Assembly (NCBI GenBank): GCA_963701745.1
Contig: CAVPBE010000001.1
Location: 1,367,931-1,431,930 of the forward strand
Length of the DNA stretch: 64,000 nucleotides
Reading direction: 5' to 3'
From: an uncultured Bacteroidales bacterium
GTDB lineage: Bacteria > Bacteroidota > Bacteroidia > Bacteroidales > VadinHA17
The translations under genes and the position numbers were made by a program. Under the pieces are notes generated by a model. That model was not told the origin of the DNA, ran no database searches, and was given only the letters and a program-made list of their open reading frames with translations. Positions within the stretch are counted from its first letter, which is position 1; each line of letters starts with the position of its first letter. This document shows, piece after piece, positions 24,196 to 33,837 of this stretch.

Positions 24196-24258
24196 CACGG
24201 ACTAACACGGATTAACACAGACGAAGAACACGGAGTTGAAACTCCTGTAAATCTGTGG
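24196..24258. repeat. Phased-unit hairpin element, CACGGA word
   Basis: CACGGA/CACAGA units at 24196, 24206, 24216, 24229. The short inverted arm is ctcctgtaaatctgtgg. Confidence 0.75.
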
Positions 24259-24381
24259 TAGTAAGAAACCAAATATCCTTTAGGTAAATAATACCTTCAA
24301 TATTCCGTTATCTGATATACAAGAGAAATAATTTTGCTTTGTTTAGGTTTATTGAAGGAGGGTTTTTTCAGCCCTCCTTTT

Positions 24382-24576
24382 CTATTCCACCAGATATTCC
24401 GAGAATTTTTCATCGATGTGCTGATTGAACCACTTATCGATGACCGACTTTCTGAACCTCCATTCTTTCCCAAGTTTTGCAGCTGGTATCTTCCCGCCCT
24501 GAGCCCAGGTATAGATTGTCTGGGGTTTGAGCTTTAAATATTTTGCAACTTCCTCAAGTGTCATTATATCTTCCAT
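24382..24576 (-). CDS. Excisionase/MerR-type helix-turn-helix DNA-binding protein
   Basis: 64 aa. LEEVAKYLKLKPQTIYTWAQGGKIPAAKLGKEWRF matches the HTH_17/excisionase-type pattern. Confidence 0.75.
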   Translation of the reverse strand: MEDIMTLEEVAKYLKLKPQTIYTWAQGGKIPAAKLGKEWRFRKSVIDKWFNQHIDEKFSEYLVE

Positions 24577-24579
24577 ATT

Positions 24580-25371
24580 TTACTTCTTCTTGTTTAACAG
24601 GTTTAAAATACCTGTATCTTCAGTCAGAGTATTATTTTTATCCGGACTTTTATAAGGTTGCACAGTTACTTTATTCTGCGGCGTATCTTTCTTTGATCCA
24701 AGCTGCTGAACAGAATAAATAATTGCAGTGTAAAAATTGCCCTCATATTTCCTGAACAATTTGAATTCCTCGTTCTTGTTACATAAAAACGGCCTTAAAT
24801 TCCATGCCAGCTGTATACCGACAAATGCCAGAATTATGATCCATATCCTGAACACTGTCACCCCTATCTTTGGATAGATATCTTTCTTTTCGCACGCAAA
24901 TTTTAATGCTTCAATCATCAGCCTCATTCCGAAAATGCCTGAGAACAAAAATATAGCGACATGCAAAAGCTGTAAAAAGTGATAATTTCCTCCGGTTATC
25001 TGGAACAGAATTACAATAGGAGAAAAGGAAAAAGCAATTGCCGAGGCAAGCACGAATCCGCTCATGACTATGATCAACATTTGCCTTAGAGTCATTTTCG
25101 AACCCAGTACCTGCTGAATGACAAAAAAAGAGGGAAAGCATATTATTAATGTCGATAAAAAGAGAAATGTGACTTTTAGTCCTGCTGCAATTGATTGAAT
25201 AAAGCTATGATAGCTTCCCATTACTATTCCATAAAGAAAAGTAAAAGCACAGATTACAAGGATCTGGTAAATGATCAACCGGTTCGATTCCTCTTTATTT
25301 CTTTCATTGAAATATGATTCCGTGTTCTGGAACACTTTAAAAACTTCCATCACTCCATCTGAATTTTTCAT
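24580..25371 (-). CDS. Polytopic membrane protein (5-6 TM), unknown function
   Basis: 263 aa. Its stop is 3 nt from the start of the HTH gene, suggesting a tight operon. I do not recognise a family with any confidence. Confidence 0.6.
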   Translation of the reverse strand: MKNSDGVMEVFKVFQNTESYFNERNKEESNRLIIYQILVICAFTFLYGIVMGSYHSFIQSIAAGLKVTFLFLSTLIICFPSFFVIQQVLGSKMTLRQMLIIVMSGFVLASAIAFSFSPIVILFQITGGNYHFLQLLHVAIFLFSGIFGMRLMIEALKFACEKKDIYPKIGVTVFRIWIIILAFVGIQLAWNLRPFLCNKNEEFKLFRKYEGNFYTAIIYSVQQLGSKKDTPQNKVTVQPYKSPDKNNTLTEDTGILNLLNKKK

Positions 25372-25498
25372 GATAAAAGAATTTTGGTTTAACCATAAAG
25401 GTAATAAATCTCTGATAATTTAAATACTGTTTATTATTGTTTATTATTTAATAATGATTTTTATTATGATTAAATGTAATCTATTATTGTTTTTTTAC

Positions 25499-25568
25499 CA
25501 CGGATTGCGAGGAGGCCACGCAAATTTTCACAGATTTAAACTCCGTGTTAATCCGTGTTCTCCGTGGT
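25499..25568. repeat. Phased-unit hairpin element, CACGGA word, inverted relative to 24196-24258
   Basis: CACGGA/CACGCA/CACAGA are followed by TCCGTG at 25542, 25552, 25561. The reverse complement aligns with the 24196 element. Confidence 0.75.
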
Positions 25569-25611
25569 GAATTTCTTTTTTATATCTTTATTAATTAAAA
25601 GACTAAGCATT

Positions 25612-26748
25612 ATGAGAAGCCTTCTGAAGCAGCAAGTTTTAATTATTCTCATTCTGGCCATTTCCTTAAGAGCATTAACACAGGAAGTACATAATGAGCC
25701 CAAAACACTCGAACCGGGTTCAAAAGCACCTGATTTCAGCCTCCTGGGTATCGACGGTAAGGAATACACTCAGAAAGATTTTGAAAATGCAAAGGTCCTG
25801 GTGATAATCTTCAGCTGCAACCATTGCCCCACTGCACAGGCATATGAGGACCGATTAATCTCAATCGCCAATGACTATAAACCAAAAGGAGTGGATGTTG
25901 TAATGATCTCTCCAAATTCTGTAAAAGCATTAAATTATTCTGAACTTGGTTATTCCGATATGGGCGACAGTTTTGAGGAGATGATACAGCGGGCAACTGA
26001 TAAAAAATTCCCTTTCCCATATCTGTATGATGGCGATGAGCAAAAAACCTCACTGGCTTATGGCCCTGCAGCAACTCCTCATTGCTTTGTTTTTGACAAG
26101 AACCGCATCCTCAGATATACCGGAAGAGTAGACGGTTCAGAAAAACCCGGAACAGGTAAAGGCGAAGATTTAAAAGGTGCAATTGATGCAGTATTGGCCG
26201 GGCAGCCAGTAAAAAATACAGTTACAAAAGTATTCGGATGTTCAATCAAGTGGTCATGGAAGAGTGATTATACACAGAGGCTTTATAAGCAATGGTCGGA
26301 ATTGCCAGTGATGCTCGAAGAGATTGATGTACAGGGTGTAAAGGACCTGCTTAAAAACACTGAATCGGGTAAAGTAAGGCTTATAAACTTCTGGGCAACC
26401 TGGTGCGGCCCCTGCATAGCGGAATTTCCCGATCTCGTTATAATTGACCGGATGTACCGTGGACGTTCTTTCGAGTTCATTACAGTGAATCTTGACAAAC
26501 AGGCAAGGAAAGGTGATGCCCTCAGTTTCCTTAAAAAGCAGGAGGCCTCCAATAAGAACTATATTTTCAATGACGACGATGTATATAAGCTTATTGATGC
26601 GGTTGATGCTGACTGGCAGGGTAACATCCCTTTTACTCTCCTTATTGAACCTGGAGGGAAGATCATAATGAAAAAGGAGGATATGATTGATCCGCTTGAT
26701 ATGAAGAAGGTGATTGTCGGCAACAAATACATTGGGAGGTATTACTAA
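25612..26748 (+). CDS. Exported protein with two thioredoxin-fold (TlpA/redoxin-like) domains
   Basis: The start was chosen at MRSLLKQQVL (signal peptide). The first domain carries CNHCP and the second WATWCGPC. Confidence 0.8.
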   Translation: MRSLLKQQVLIILILAISLRALTQEVHNEPKTLEPGSKAPDFSLLGIDGKEYTQKDFENAKVLVIIFSCNHCPTAQAYEDRLISIANDYKPKGVDVVMISPNSVKALNYSELGYSDMGDSFEEMIQRATDKKFPFPYLYDGDEQKTSLAYGPAATPHCFVFDKNRILRYTGRVDGSEKPGTGKGEDLKGAIDAVLAGQPVKNTVTKVFGCSIKWSWKSDYTQRLYKQWSELPVMLEEIDVQGVKDLLKNTESGKVRLINFWATWCGPCIAEFPDLVIIDRMYRGRSFEFITVNLDKQARKGDALSFLKKQEASNKNYIFNDDDVYKLIDAVDADWQGNIPFTLLIEPGGKIIMKKEDMIDPLDMKKVIVGNKYIGRYY

Positions 26749-26767
26749 GCATTTTTAACCAGGTTAT

Positions 26768-27724
26768 ATGACTAAAAATAGAATTATAAACAGGCGTCAT
26801 TTTATAAAAAAATCCACACTGGTGACCGCAGGGATTACCATTATTCCTTCAGCACTAAAGGCCGGAGGAAAGATAACCGGAGGAAACCCTGTAAGATTGG
26901 GAGGCCCTGTCCCGGGCAAATTCGACGATCCGGTACAATGGATCAAAGCCGTAAAATATCTGGGATACAGTGCAGCCATATGTCCTGTTCAGCCAGGGGC
27001 ACCTTCTGAACTTATAAGGTCTTTCAGAATGGAGGCAAAGAAGAATAATGTACTGATAAGTGAGGTAGGGGTCTGGAACAACATGCTTGATCCGGATATG
27101 AAAGCAAGTGAAGCGGCAATAAAAAAGAATATTACTTTATTACAGCTGGCAGATGAGATTGGAGCTTGCTGCTGTGTAAATATTTCAGGGGCAAAAGGTG
27201 AAATCTGGGACGGCCCTTATCCGGGTAACTATATAAAGGAGACTTTTGATCAGATTGTTGAGACCGTCAGGAAAATAATCGACCAGGTAAAGCCAAAAAA
27301 CACTTTTTACAGCCTGGAGCCAATGCCGTTCATGCTTCCTGATTCGCCTGACAGCTACCTTGAGCTTGTTAAGGCGATCGACCGCGACAGGTTTGCAGTG
27401 CATCTTGATCCGGTGAACATGGTCTCAAGTCCTCAGAGATACTTTAATAATTCAGCATTTCTCATGGAGTGTTTTTCGAAGCTTGGTCCTTATATTAAAT
27501 CGGTTCATGCAAAAGACATTATAATTATGCCTGAGCTAACATTGCACCTTGAGGAACGCCGGCCCGGTATGGGTTCGCTTGATTATGCAGTTTTTCTCAG
27601 GGAAATGAGCAAGCTGAAGGATATCCCGATGATGATGGAGCATCTTGACAAACCAGAAGATTATCTGCTGGCTGCACAATATATCAGAAAGATCGGTGCA
27701 GAATCAGGAATAATTTTTGTTTAA
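26768..27724 (+). CDS. TAT-exported xylose isomerase-like TIM-barrel protein (sugar phosphate isomerase/epimerase family)
   Basis: 318 aa with the twin-arginine signal NRRHFIKKSTLVTAG. The AP-endonuclease-2/TIM-barrel pattern includes HLDPVN and HAKD. Confidence 0.75.
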   Translation: MTKNRIINRRHFIKKSTLVTAGITIIPSALKAGGKITGGNPVRLGGPVPGKFDDPVQWIKAVKYLGYSAAICPVQPGAPSELIRSFRMEAKKNNVLISEVGVWNNMLDPDMKASEAAIKKNITLLQLADEIGACCCVNISGAKGEIWDGPYPGNYIKETFDQIVETVRKIIDQVKPKNTFYSLEPMPFMLPDSPDSYLELVKAIDRDRFAVHLDPVNMVSSPQRYFNNSAFLMECFSKLGPYIKSVHAKDIIIMPELTLHLEERRPGMGSLDYAVFLREMSKLKDIPMMMEHLDKPEDYLLAAQYIRKIGAESGIIFV

Positions 27725-27781
27725 TTTTGTTTAACGCAACCCGAGCGACCTTTAATTCTTCAATATGACAAACGAATCAGA

Positions 27782-28609
27782 ATGAAAAAGAGAATCAGTT
27801 TATCTCTCCCGGTTTTTCTTTTGTTACTAATTTTATTCTTAAGTAATTGTACAGAATATGGTTTTACTCCTGGCTCAAATGAATTTTTAAAAAAGATAAA
27901 AAGTGGAGGCTATATCATTGAAGAGATTTCCTATAATCAGAATAATCTTATTTCGGAAGTAAAAAGCACAACCTTTTATCGAAAGTTTCATTATAATGAA
28001 AAACTTCAGCTTGTAAAAGAAGAGGTTGCGGCATCACCAGACATGCTAAGCTCAATGGCACCAGTTACCCAGTCACATGAGTTTGTTAATCCCGTAGAGA
28101 CAGGGATCTCAATGTACCATATTTACGAATATGCGAATAACGACAATTTAGTTAGTCAGCTTAACTTTATCCGGCAGAACGGGAAATTAGTTTACAGATC
28201 AAAATGGACTTTCGAATACAACGACAGCAATCAAATTTCAAAAGTATTGCTGCATGATGGTAAAGATGAGGTTACCCAATTCCGGACCTATCTGTATGAT
28301 GATAATGGGAATGTCAAAGAGGAGGATTACTTCACGTATTTATTTATTCCGGAAGGAACAGGTCCAAAACATTTGAACAAAACGACATATGAATATGACT
28401 CATTTTTCAATCCTTTCATTGTTTTTAAGCTGAAAGGTATCCCGGGCATGTATACTAACTTGAATAATATAGTCAGTTATAAATCAGTAAATTACGAGCA
28501 CACACCTGGTATTAGTGACACAACTGAATCAACGACCTCTTATGAATATAATTATGAGACCGGATTCCCCGTCAGGATTAAAAACGGAGAGGAATATATT
28601 TATAACTAG
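27782..28609 (+). CDS. Lipoprotein with YD/RHS-like short repeats, unknown function
   Basis: 275 aa with lipobox LFLSNC. Recurrent motifs such as YLYDDNGNVKEE and YEYDSFFNPF. Confidence 0.6.
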   Translation: MKKRISLSLPVFLLLLILFLSNCTEYGFTPGSNEFLKKIKSGGYIIEEISYNQNNLISEVKSTTFYRKFHYNEKLQLVKEEVAASPDMLSSMAPVTQSHEFVNPVETGISMYHIYEYANNDNLVSQLNFIRQNGKLVYRSKWTFEYNDSNQISKVLLHDGKDEVTQFRTYLYDDNGNVKEEDYFTYLFIPEGTGPKHLNKTTYEYDSFFNPFIVFKLKGIPGMYTNLNNIVSYKSVNYEHTPGISDTTESTTSYEYNYETGFPVRIKNGEEYIYN

Positions 28610-28855
28610 TTGCTGAAAAAAACCTTACTTTTTCTAACAATTCTGATCAGTACCTCCGGACTACAATGGCGATGATATTATAAGAATTCACCTGCTGAAA
28701 ACATCATGGGACCTCAGTCAGGAAGGTTCATGGTTATCAGGGGTGGCAGCTGGCATTCATGTGCAATGTGCGTTCAAACCTATTACAGGAATGGATTGCC
28801 AGCAAGCTGGGTCGATTTTACTGCCGGCTCCAGATGTGTGCGAGGTTCAAAATAA
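28610..28855 (+). pseudogene. Remnant of a formylglycine-generating-enzyme (SUMF1/FGE) family gene: signal peptide joined to the last ~60 codons
   Basis: Same-frame reading gives (TTG)LKKTLLFLTILISTSGLQWR, a stop (28673-28675), then ...GPQSGRFMVIRGGSWHSCAMCVQTYYRNGLPASWVDFTAGSRCVRGSK. The RGGSW...R...G.RCV pattern is the FGE C-terminus. Confidence 0.7.
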
Positions 28856-28859
28856 GCAA

Positions 28860-29588
28860 TTAAAGCGAATAAGACAGCCCTACATTCCATTGGAATCCCG
28901 GATCAGGCAGTATATTGCTCTTAAGAACCTGAGTTCCCTGAAAGAATAATGCAAACGGAGCATTCCTCAGAGCAAAAGAGATTTTTGGCGATACGAATAA
29001 GCCATCATTGTTTCCATCATATGTGATAATGAAAAGTTGAACGTTCGCAGACATTAGAACACAATTTCCTATTTTCATGCCGGTCTTTTCTCCGGCAAGA
29101 TTAAGAAAATGACCACTTATCGTCCCGGGTTCCAGTCCATTGTCATTCCAGTACATGAGTGTCAACGATGTGTTTGACGGGAACTTGTATGTCGCTGCTA
29201 CTTCGAAAGCGAGATACCTGTCACCCCGAAGTATGGTTTCATCAGTTAGTTTGTAATCTGTAAAAAATGTGCTGAAATTTACTCCGGTCCTTAATTCAAA
29301 AGATGGTTTGCGGATTATTTTATAATGCAGCCAGTTGTCTATGAACCATGGTTTCATATTTATGCCATAAGCGAGAACGGGATCGTAACTGAAACGGTTT
29401 TTTGTAAGTGATACTGAGGCGATAATGGCAGGTTTCCCAAGCGAAAAAGCCGGGATTGAAGCCACTCCATTGCTGTTAATGCTTATATTGGCATCGGCTT
29501 TTAATTTTGTTCTGACGCTATCTGATTTCTCCTGAGAATTGGATATTGAGAAAATGAAAAAAAATAGTAAAGAAAAAAATGATCGCAT
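28860..29588 (-). CDS. Predicted outer-membrane beta-barrel protein, unknown function
   Basis: 242 aa with a signal peptide, alternating beta-strand pattern and aromatic-rich C-terminal strand. Confidence 0.55.
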   Translation of the reverse strand: MRSFFSLLFFFIFSISNSQEKSDSVRTKLKADANISINSNGVASIPAFSLGKPAIIASVSLTKNRFSYDPVLAYGINMKPWFIDNWLHYKIIRKPSFELRTGVNFSTFFTDYKLTDETILRGDRYLAFEVAATYKFPSNTSLTLMYWNDNGLEPGTISGHFLNLAGEKTGMKIGNCVLMSANVQLFIITYDGNNDGLFVSPKISFALRNAPFALFFQGTQVLKSNILPDPGFQWNVGLSYSL

Positions 29589-29836
29589 ATCAGAAATATT
29601 ACTGGTACCCTTTTATAAAGACAACAAATTAATATAAGTTCTAAAGATATCTAATTATTTAAAAAAAACTTGGAGGTGTTTATAAAGTTGCTTTTTGAAG
29701 TTTTGTCCAACGTGTGGCTTTGTATTAAACTTTGTGGGTAAATCAAGATGTGAATTGTTAAAAACTTATCGTATAGATACTTTTGTAGCAATTGTATTAT
29801 TATTTTGTTCTTCATACCTTCATCATGTCGATATAA

Positions 29837-32062
29837 ATGCAAAAACTCAGACCTGACATGATTTTTCCAGTTGATAAGGACAAAATACAACCATCAGACA
29901 ATGATTCTTCAAACGATGAAAAATCAGTAAAATCATTTCTTGATTCCATCGAAAGTCTGGCCTTGAACCAGAAAATAAATTCCACTGAAAATGCCGGTGT
30001 CAGGAGCTCTGAACTGTCAAACCTTACAATTGATGATTATCCTGAGGTTGAATCGACAGAAAGGACCGACAAAAAAATTGATGAATTAAAGACAATTATT
30101 TCCTCAATTGAGAACAGATCTTTTATTCCGGCAGAGATCAAATTCGAAAAAACCTTCAGAATCGATTATGCTAAAGAACTCAACAGGGCACAGCTTGAAG
30201 CTGTGATTACGATTAGCGGACCGGTGCTGGTAATCGCCGGTGCAGGGAGTGGCAAAACAAGAATTATCGTTCACAGGGTTGCTTTCATGATAGAAAACGG
30301 AATCGATCCTGGAGACCTACTGCTGCTGACCTTTACCAGGAAAGCTGCAAGTGAAATGCTGGGTAGGGTTCAGCAGCTATTGAAGGACAATTCTGCCCAA
30401 AAGGTCTTCGGAGGAACATTCCACTCTTTTTCAAACTACGTATTGAGGAAGTATTCAAACATGCTTGGAATCGCGGCAAATTTTACAATTATTGATGAGG
30501 AGGATTCAGCTGACACAATCGATCTGATAAGGTCAGAACTTAAAATTGAAAAAAGGGAAAAAGCATTCCCGAGGAAGAACCGGATACAGGAAATAATTTC
30601 ATCTGCCAGGAACAGAAATCTGACGATAGGGGAGGTTATTGAAAATGAATTTTCAGGTCTGAGGAATTTTATTGCAGATATTGAACTGATATGTCGCGGC
30701 TATACGAAGTATAAAAAGATCTGTAAAATATTCGATTATGACGATCTTATGGATGTTTTACGGGATTCTCTGCGGGATAATACTGTGTTCAGGCAGAGGT
30801 TGCAGAGTGAATATAGGTACATTATGGTTGATGAATATCAGGATACCAACATTGTCCAGAAAGAAATAGTTGAATATTTATCAGAACGATCAGGGAATAT
30901 TCTTGTTGTCGGCGATGATTCGCAAAGCATATATTCGTTCAGGGGTGCAAATTATGAAAACATCCTGAGGTTTCCTCAGAAATACACCGATTGCAGAGTT
31001 ATCAAGGTAGAGGAAAATTACAGGAGCAACCAGAAGATCCTCGATTTCACGAACGAAATCATTTTTAATGCAAAGCTCGGTTATAAAAAGAGACTTTATT
31101 CAAAAATTGAATATGAAGCGGTTCCCGAAGTAAGGAAATTTTACGACCAGCAGGCAGAGGCTGAATTTGTGGTCGACAGGATATTGGAATACAGGGAGAA
31201 GGGAATCGCCCTTAACCAGGTTGCAATCCTGGTAAGGGCCTTCTGGCACGCAAGATATATAGAGGTTGAACTTAACAAAAGAAGCATACCCTATGTTGCA
31301 GTTGGTGGTCTGAAATTCAACGAGCGCAAGCATGTAAAAGATGTAATCTCTTATTTAAGGCTCGTTCAGAATCCTTATGATGCAGTCGCCTGGCACAGAG
31401 TAATGAAATACCTTCCAGGGGTTGGCATGGTCACTGCTAAAAGAATTATCGAAAAGATCCAGACCGAAAAGGGTCTAGATGCTGATTTTTTAGAGAAAAA
31501 CAAATTCGCTGAAGGACTTAAGAGTTTAACAGTAATGATAGGCAGGGCTAAGGACAGCACTGTCCCCATTTCCAGGAAAATTGAATTTATAAAAGAGTAC
31601 TACACCCCCTTGTTGCAAGCCAGGGAGTATGATTACCAGGTGAGGCTGCTTGATATAAATGTTCTAATAGATCTTTCATCAAAATATGATTCGCTAGAGA
31701 AATTCCTGACGGAGTTTGCCCTTGACCCACCCTCGAGGAATTTCGGTACTAAAACTATACCTCTTATTGACGAATCTGAAGACACACCGCTTACCGTATC
31801 AACGATCCACTCTGCCAAGGGGCTGGAATGGCATAGTGTTATAATTCCTCATGCGCTCGACGGGTTGATACCTTCAATAAGATCCTTGAGCAACATCGAA
31901 GAGATTGAAGAGGAAAGAAGGCTATTCTATGTTGCCTGCAGCAGGGCAAAGCAGGATCTTCTGTTAACTATGCCATCATATGTGACCACATACAACGCAT
32001 TTTTATCTTATCCCAGCAGGTTCCTTGTAGAAATCAGCAGGGATAAGTTTCACTATCAATGA
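29837..32062 (+). CDS. UvrD/Rep/PcrA-family ATP-dependent DNA helicase with ~115-aa N-terminal extension
   Basis: 741 aa. Walker A AGAGSGKT, motif II MVDEYQDTN, VGDDSQSIYSFRGA and TIHSAKGLEW are all present. Confidence 0.9.
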   Translation: MQKLRPDMIFPVDKDKIQPSDNDSSNDEKSVKSFLDSIESLALNQKINSTENAGVRSSELSNLTIDDYPEVESTERTDKKIDELKTIISSIENRSFIPAEIKFEKTFRIDYAKELNRAQLEAVITISGPVLVIAGAGSGKTRIIVHRVAFMIENGIDPGDLLLLTFTRKAASEMLGRVQQLLKDNSAQKVFGGTFHSFSNYVLRKYSNMLGIAANFTIIDEEDSADTIDLIRSELKIEKREKAFPRKNRIQEIISSARNRNLTIGEVIENEFSGLRNFIADIELICRGYTKYKKICKIFDYDDLMDVLRDSLRDNTVFRQRLQSEYRYIMVDEYQDTNIVQKEIVEYLSERSGNILVVGDDSQSIYSFRGANYENILRFPQKYTDCRVIKVEENYRSNQKILDFTNEIIFNAKLGYKKRLYSKIEYEAVPEVRKFYDQQAEAEFVVDRILEYREKGIALNQVAILVRAFWHARYIEVELNKRSIPYVAVGGLKFNERKHVKDVISYLRLVQNPYDAVAWHRVMKYLPGVGMVTAKRIIEKIQTEKGLDADFLEKNKFAEGLKSLTVMIGRAKDSTVPISRKIEFIKEYYTPLLQAREYDYQVRLLDINVLIDLSSKYDSLEKFLTEFALDPPSRNFGTKTIPLIDESEDTPLTVSTIHSAKGLEWHSVIIPHALDGLIPSIRSLSNIEEIEEERRLFYVACSRAKQDLLLTMPSYVTTYNAFLSYPSRFLVEISRDKFHYQ

Positions 32063-32449
32063 ATGATCTGGCATATATTCGATATATTCTTTGTTGTTTT
32101 CCATACCTCCATTATCTTTTTTAATCTTTTCGGCTGGATTTGGAGGAAGACAAGAAAATTTAACCTGATATTACTTCTGATTACAGGGTCATCCTGGTTA
32201 TTTCTGGGGCTTATTGTCGGGACACTGGGTTATTGTCCCCTCACTGACTGGCATTTCAGTGTACTAAATAAACTCGGAATATCAGACCTGCCTTCCTCAT
32301 ATGTTAAGTACCTGGCTGACAGGCTGACAGGGATGAATTTTAATTCCTCGCTTGTCGATAGAATCACACTATATTCTTTTCTGGTTGCGCTGGGGATATC
32401 TATGTTATTGAATTTAAGGGACTTTCTGGCGAGAAGGAAAAATTCTTAA
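32063..32449 (+). CDS. DUF2784-like small membrane protein
   Basis: 128 aa with 3-4 TM helices. Its ATG directly abuts the helicase stop codon. Confidence 0.55.
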   Translation: MIWHIFDIFFVVFHTSIIFFNLFGWIWRKTRKFNLILLLITGSSWLFLGLIVGTLGYCPLTDWHFSVLNKLGISDLPSSYVKYLADRLTGMNFNSSLVDRITLYSFLVALGISMLLNLRDFLARRKNS

Positions 32450-32483
32450 CCTTTGTCAGGTTTCAAATTTACTCATCAATATG

Positions 32484-32591
32484 GAGATTCCTCGCTGGCG
32501 CCCGGAATGACAAAGTATTTTTAATAAATAAAAGGGAGGGAAGCTAATCCAAAAAATCGACATTGTCATCCCGAACGAAGTGAGGGATCTT
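32484..32591. repeat. Inverted-repeat element of the tgtcatYccg...gaggRatc type
   Basis: The left arm gagattcctcgctggcgcccggaatgacaa and right arm ttgtcatcccgaacgaagtgagggatctt are imperfectly complementary, with a ~50-nt A-rich loop. Confidence 0.7.
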
Positions 32592-32649
32592 GTTCCTATT
32601 GGGACCTTTATAGTTAACAGATTCTCATATTTTCAATAGCCTCAGTTAT

Positions 32650-33519
32650 CTAAAGGTTTTTCAGGTAATCAGCACTTTCCTTGAAAGTTGCCTCATCCAT
32701 TTCCACAAAAGTATTCTTAACTCCACCCTTTTTAAGAGAGGAAAAGAATTCTTTCCAGTCAACAATTCCCTGTCCGATAGGAACTGATGCCTTTTTAGTA
32801 TCGGACCAGTCGGCCAGGTGAGCAGAGATGAACCTCCCGGGGAATTTTTTAAAATAATCGGAAGCTTTATATCCGATACTTATAACCGCAACCTGGAATT
32901 GCATTTTGATATATTCAGGATCAAATTGTTTCATCAGGAGATCATAGATCAATGTGTCGTTTATTTTCTGGAATTCCCCGTGATGATTGTGAAATCCCAT
33001 CTGAATACCGGCTTTTTTTGCCCTGACACCGTAATTATTGAGTTCGTCAGCTGCTTTACTCCAGTCATCAAGAGTAGCATTCTGAGGTAATCCAAAGCTT
33101 GAAAGGATCATCTGTGTCTGGCCTGACTCCAGGGCAAATGCTATCCGTTCATCCAGATGCTCTCTGAACTCTCCCATTCCATAATGCGAGCTTGGACAGA
33201 TCAGCCCTGCATCGCTTATGATCTGCTTCATCTCTTTGGCCTTCAGTTTCATCAGAGGGCCAAAACCTGATGACTCGTAACCCGGAGGAGAACACATTTC
33301 CATGATTTGATATCCCAGGGCACTCATTTTCATTAAAGTTCCCGGGAAATCCTTTACAAGTGAATCCTTTATGGTCCATACCTGGAACCCAATAGGCAAT
33401 TTTACCTTTTTCGAAGTGGTTGCGGCATTGAGATCGAGCGGAAACCGGGAAGCAATAACTGCTGATCCGATAACCAAAGCACTCTTTCCAAGAAAATCTC
33501 TTCTAGTCAATTTTTTCAT
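32650..33519 (-). CDS. TAT-exported xylose isomerase-like TIM-barrel protein
   Basis: 289 aa with twin-arginine signal TRRDFLGKSALVIGS. TIM-barrel family pattern GFHNHHGEF and AHLADW. Confidence 0.75.
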   Translation of the reverse strand: MKKLTRRDFLGKSALVIGSAVIASRFPLDLNAATTSKKVKLPIGFQVWTIKDSLVKDFPGTLMKMSALGYQIMEMCSPPGYESSGFGPLMKLKAKEMKQIISDAGLICPSSHYGMGEFREHLDERIAFALESGQTQMILSSFGLPQNATLDDWSKAADELNNYGVRAKKAGIQMGFHNHHGEFQKINDTLIYDLLMKQFDPEYIKMQFQVAVISIGYKASDYFKKFPGRFISAHLADWSDTKKASVPIGQGIVDWKEFFSSLKKGGVKNTFVEMDEATFKESADYLKNL

Positions 33520-33550
33520 ACCTGTTAAATTATTTATTTAGAGCTTTTTA

Positions 33551-33772
33551 TCAAAAGAACTTTTTGGCGATCCATACAACTACCGACAAAACAACACTTA
33601 ATAGAATCATCGTGGTTATCGGAAGATAAAGTCTCATATTCTCCTTTTCAATCCTTATGTCTCCGGGAAGATGTCCTATCCAGGTTAATCTGTTGCCTGC
33701 AAAGTATATGATAAGTCCGGAAATAATGAGAACAATGCCCGTAAATATCAATATCTTACCAAGTTGAGGCAT
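33551..33772 (-). CDS. DUF2905-like small membrane protein
   Basis: 73 aa with two TM helices and the GHLPGDIRIE motif characteristic of DUF2905. Confidence 0.65.
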   Translation of the reverse strand: MPQLGKILIFTGIVLIISGLIIYFAGNRLTWIGHLPGDIRIEKENMRLYLPITTMILLSVVLSVVVWIAKKFF

Positions 33773-33837
33773 GGATAATTATCAGACTTTAAAAATAACA
33801 GAAAATTAATATATTTCATGAATGCAGGTGATATCTT

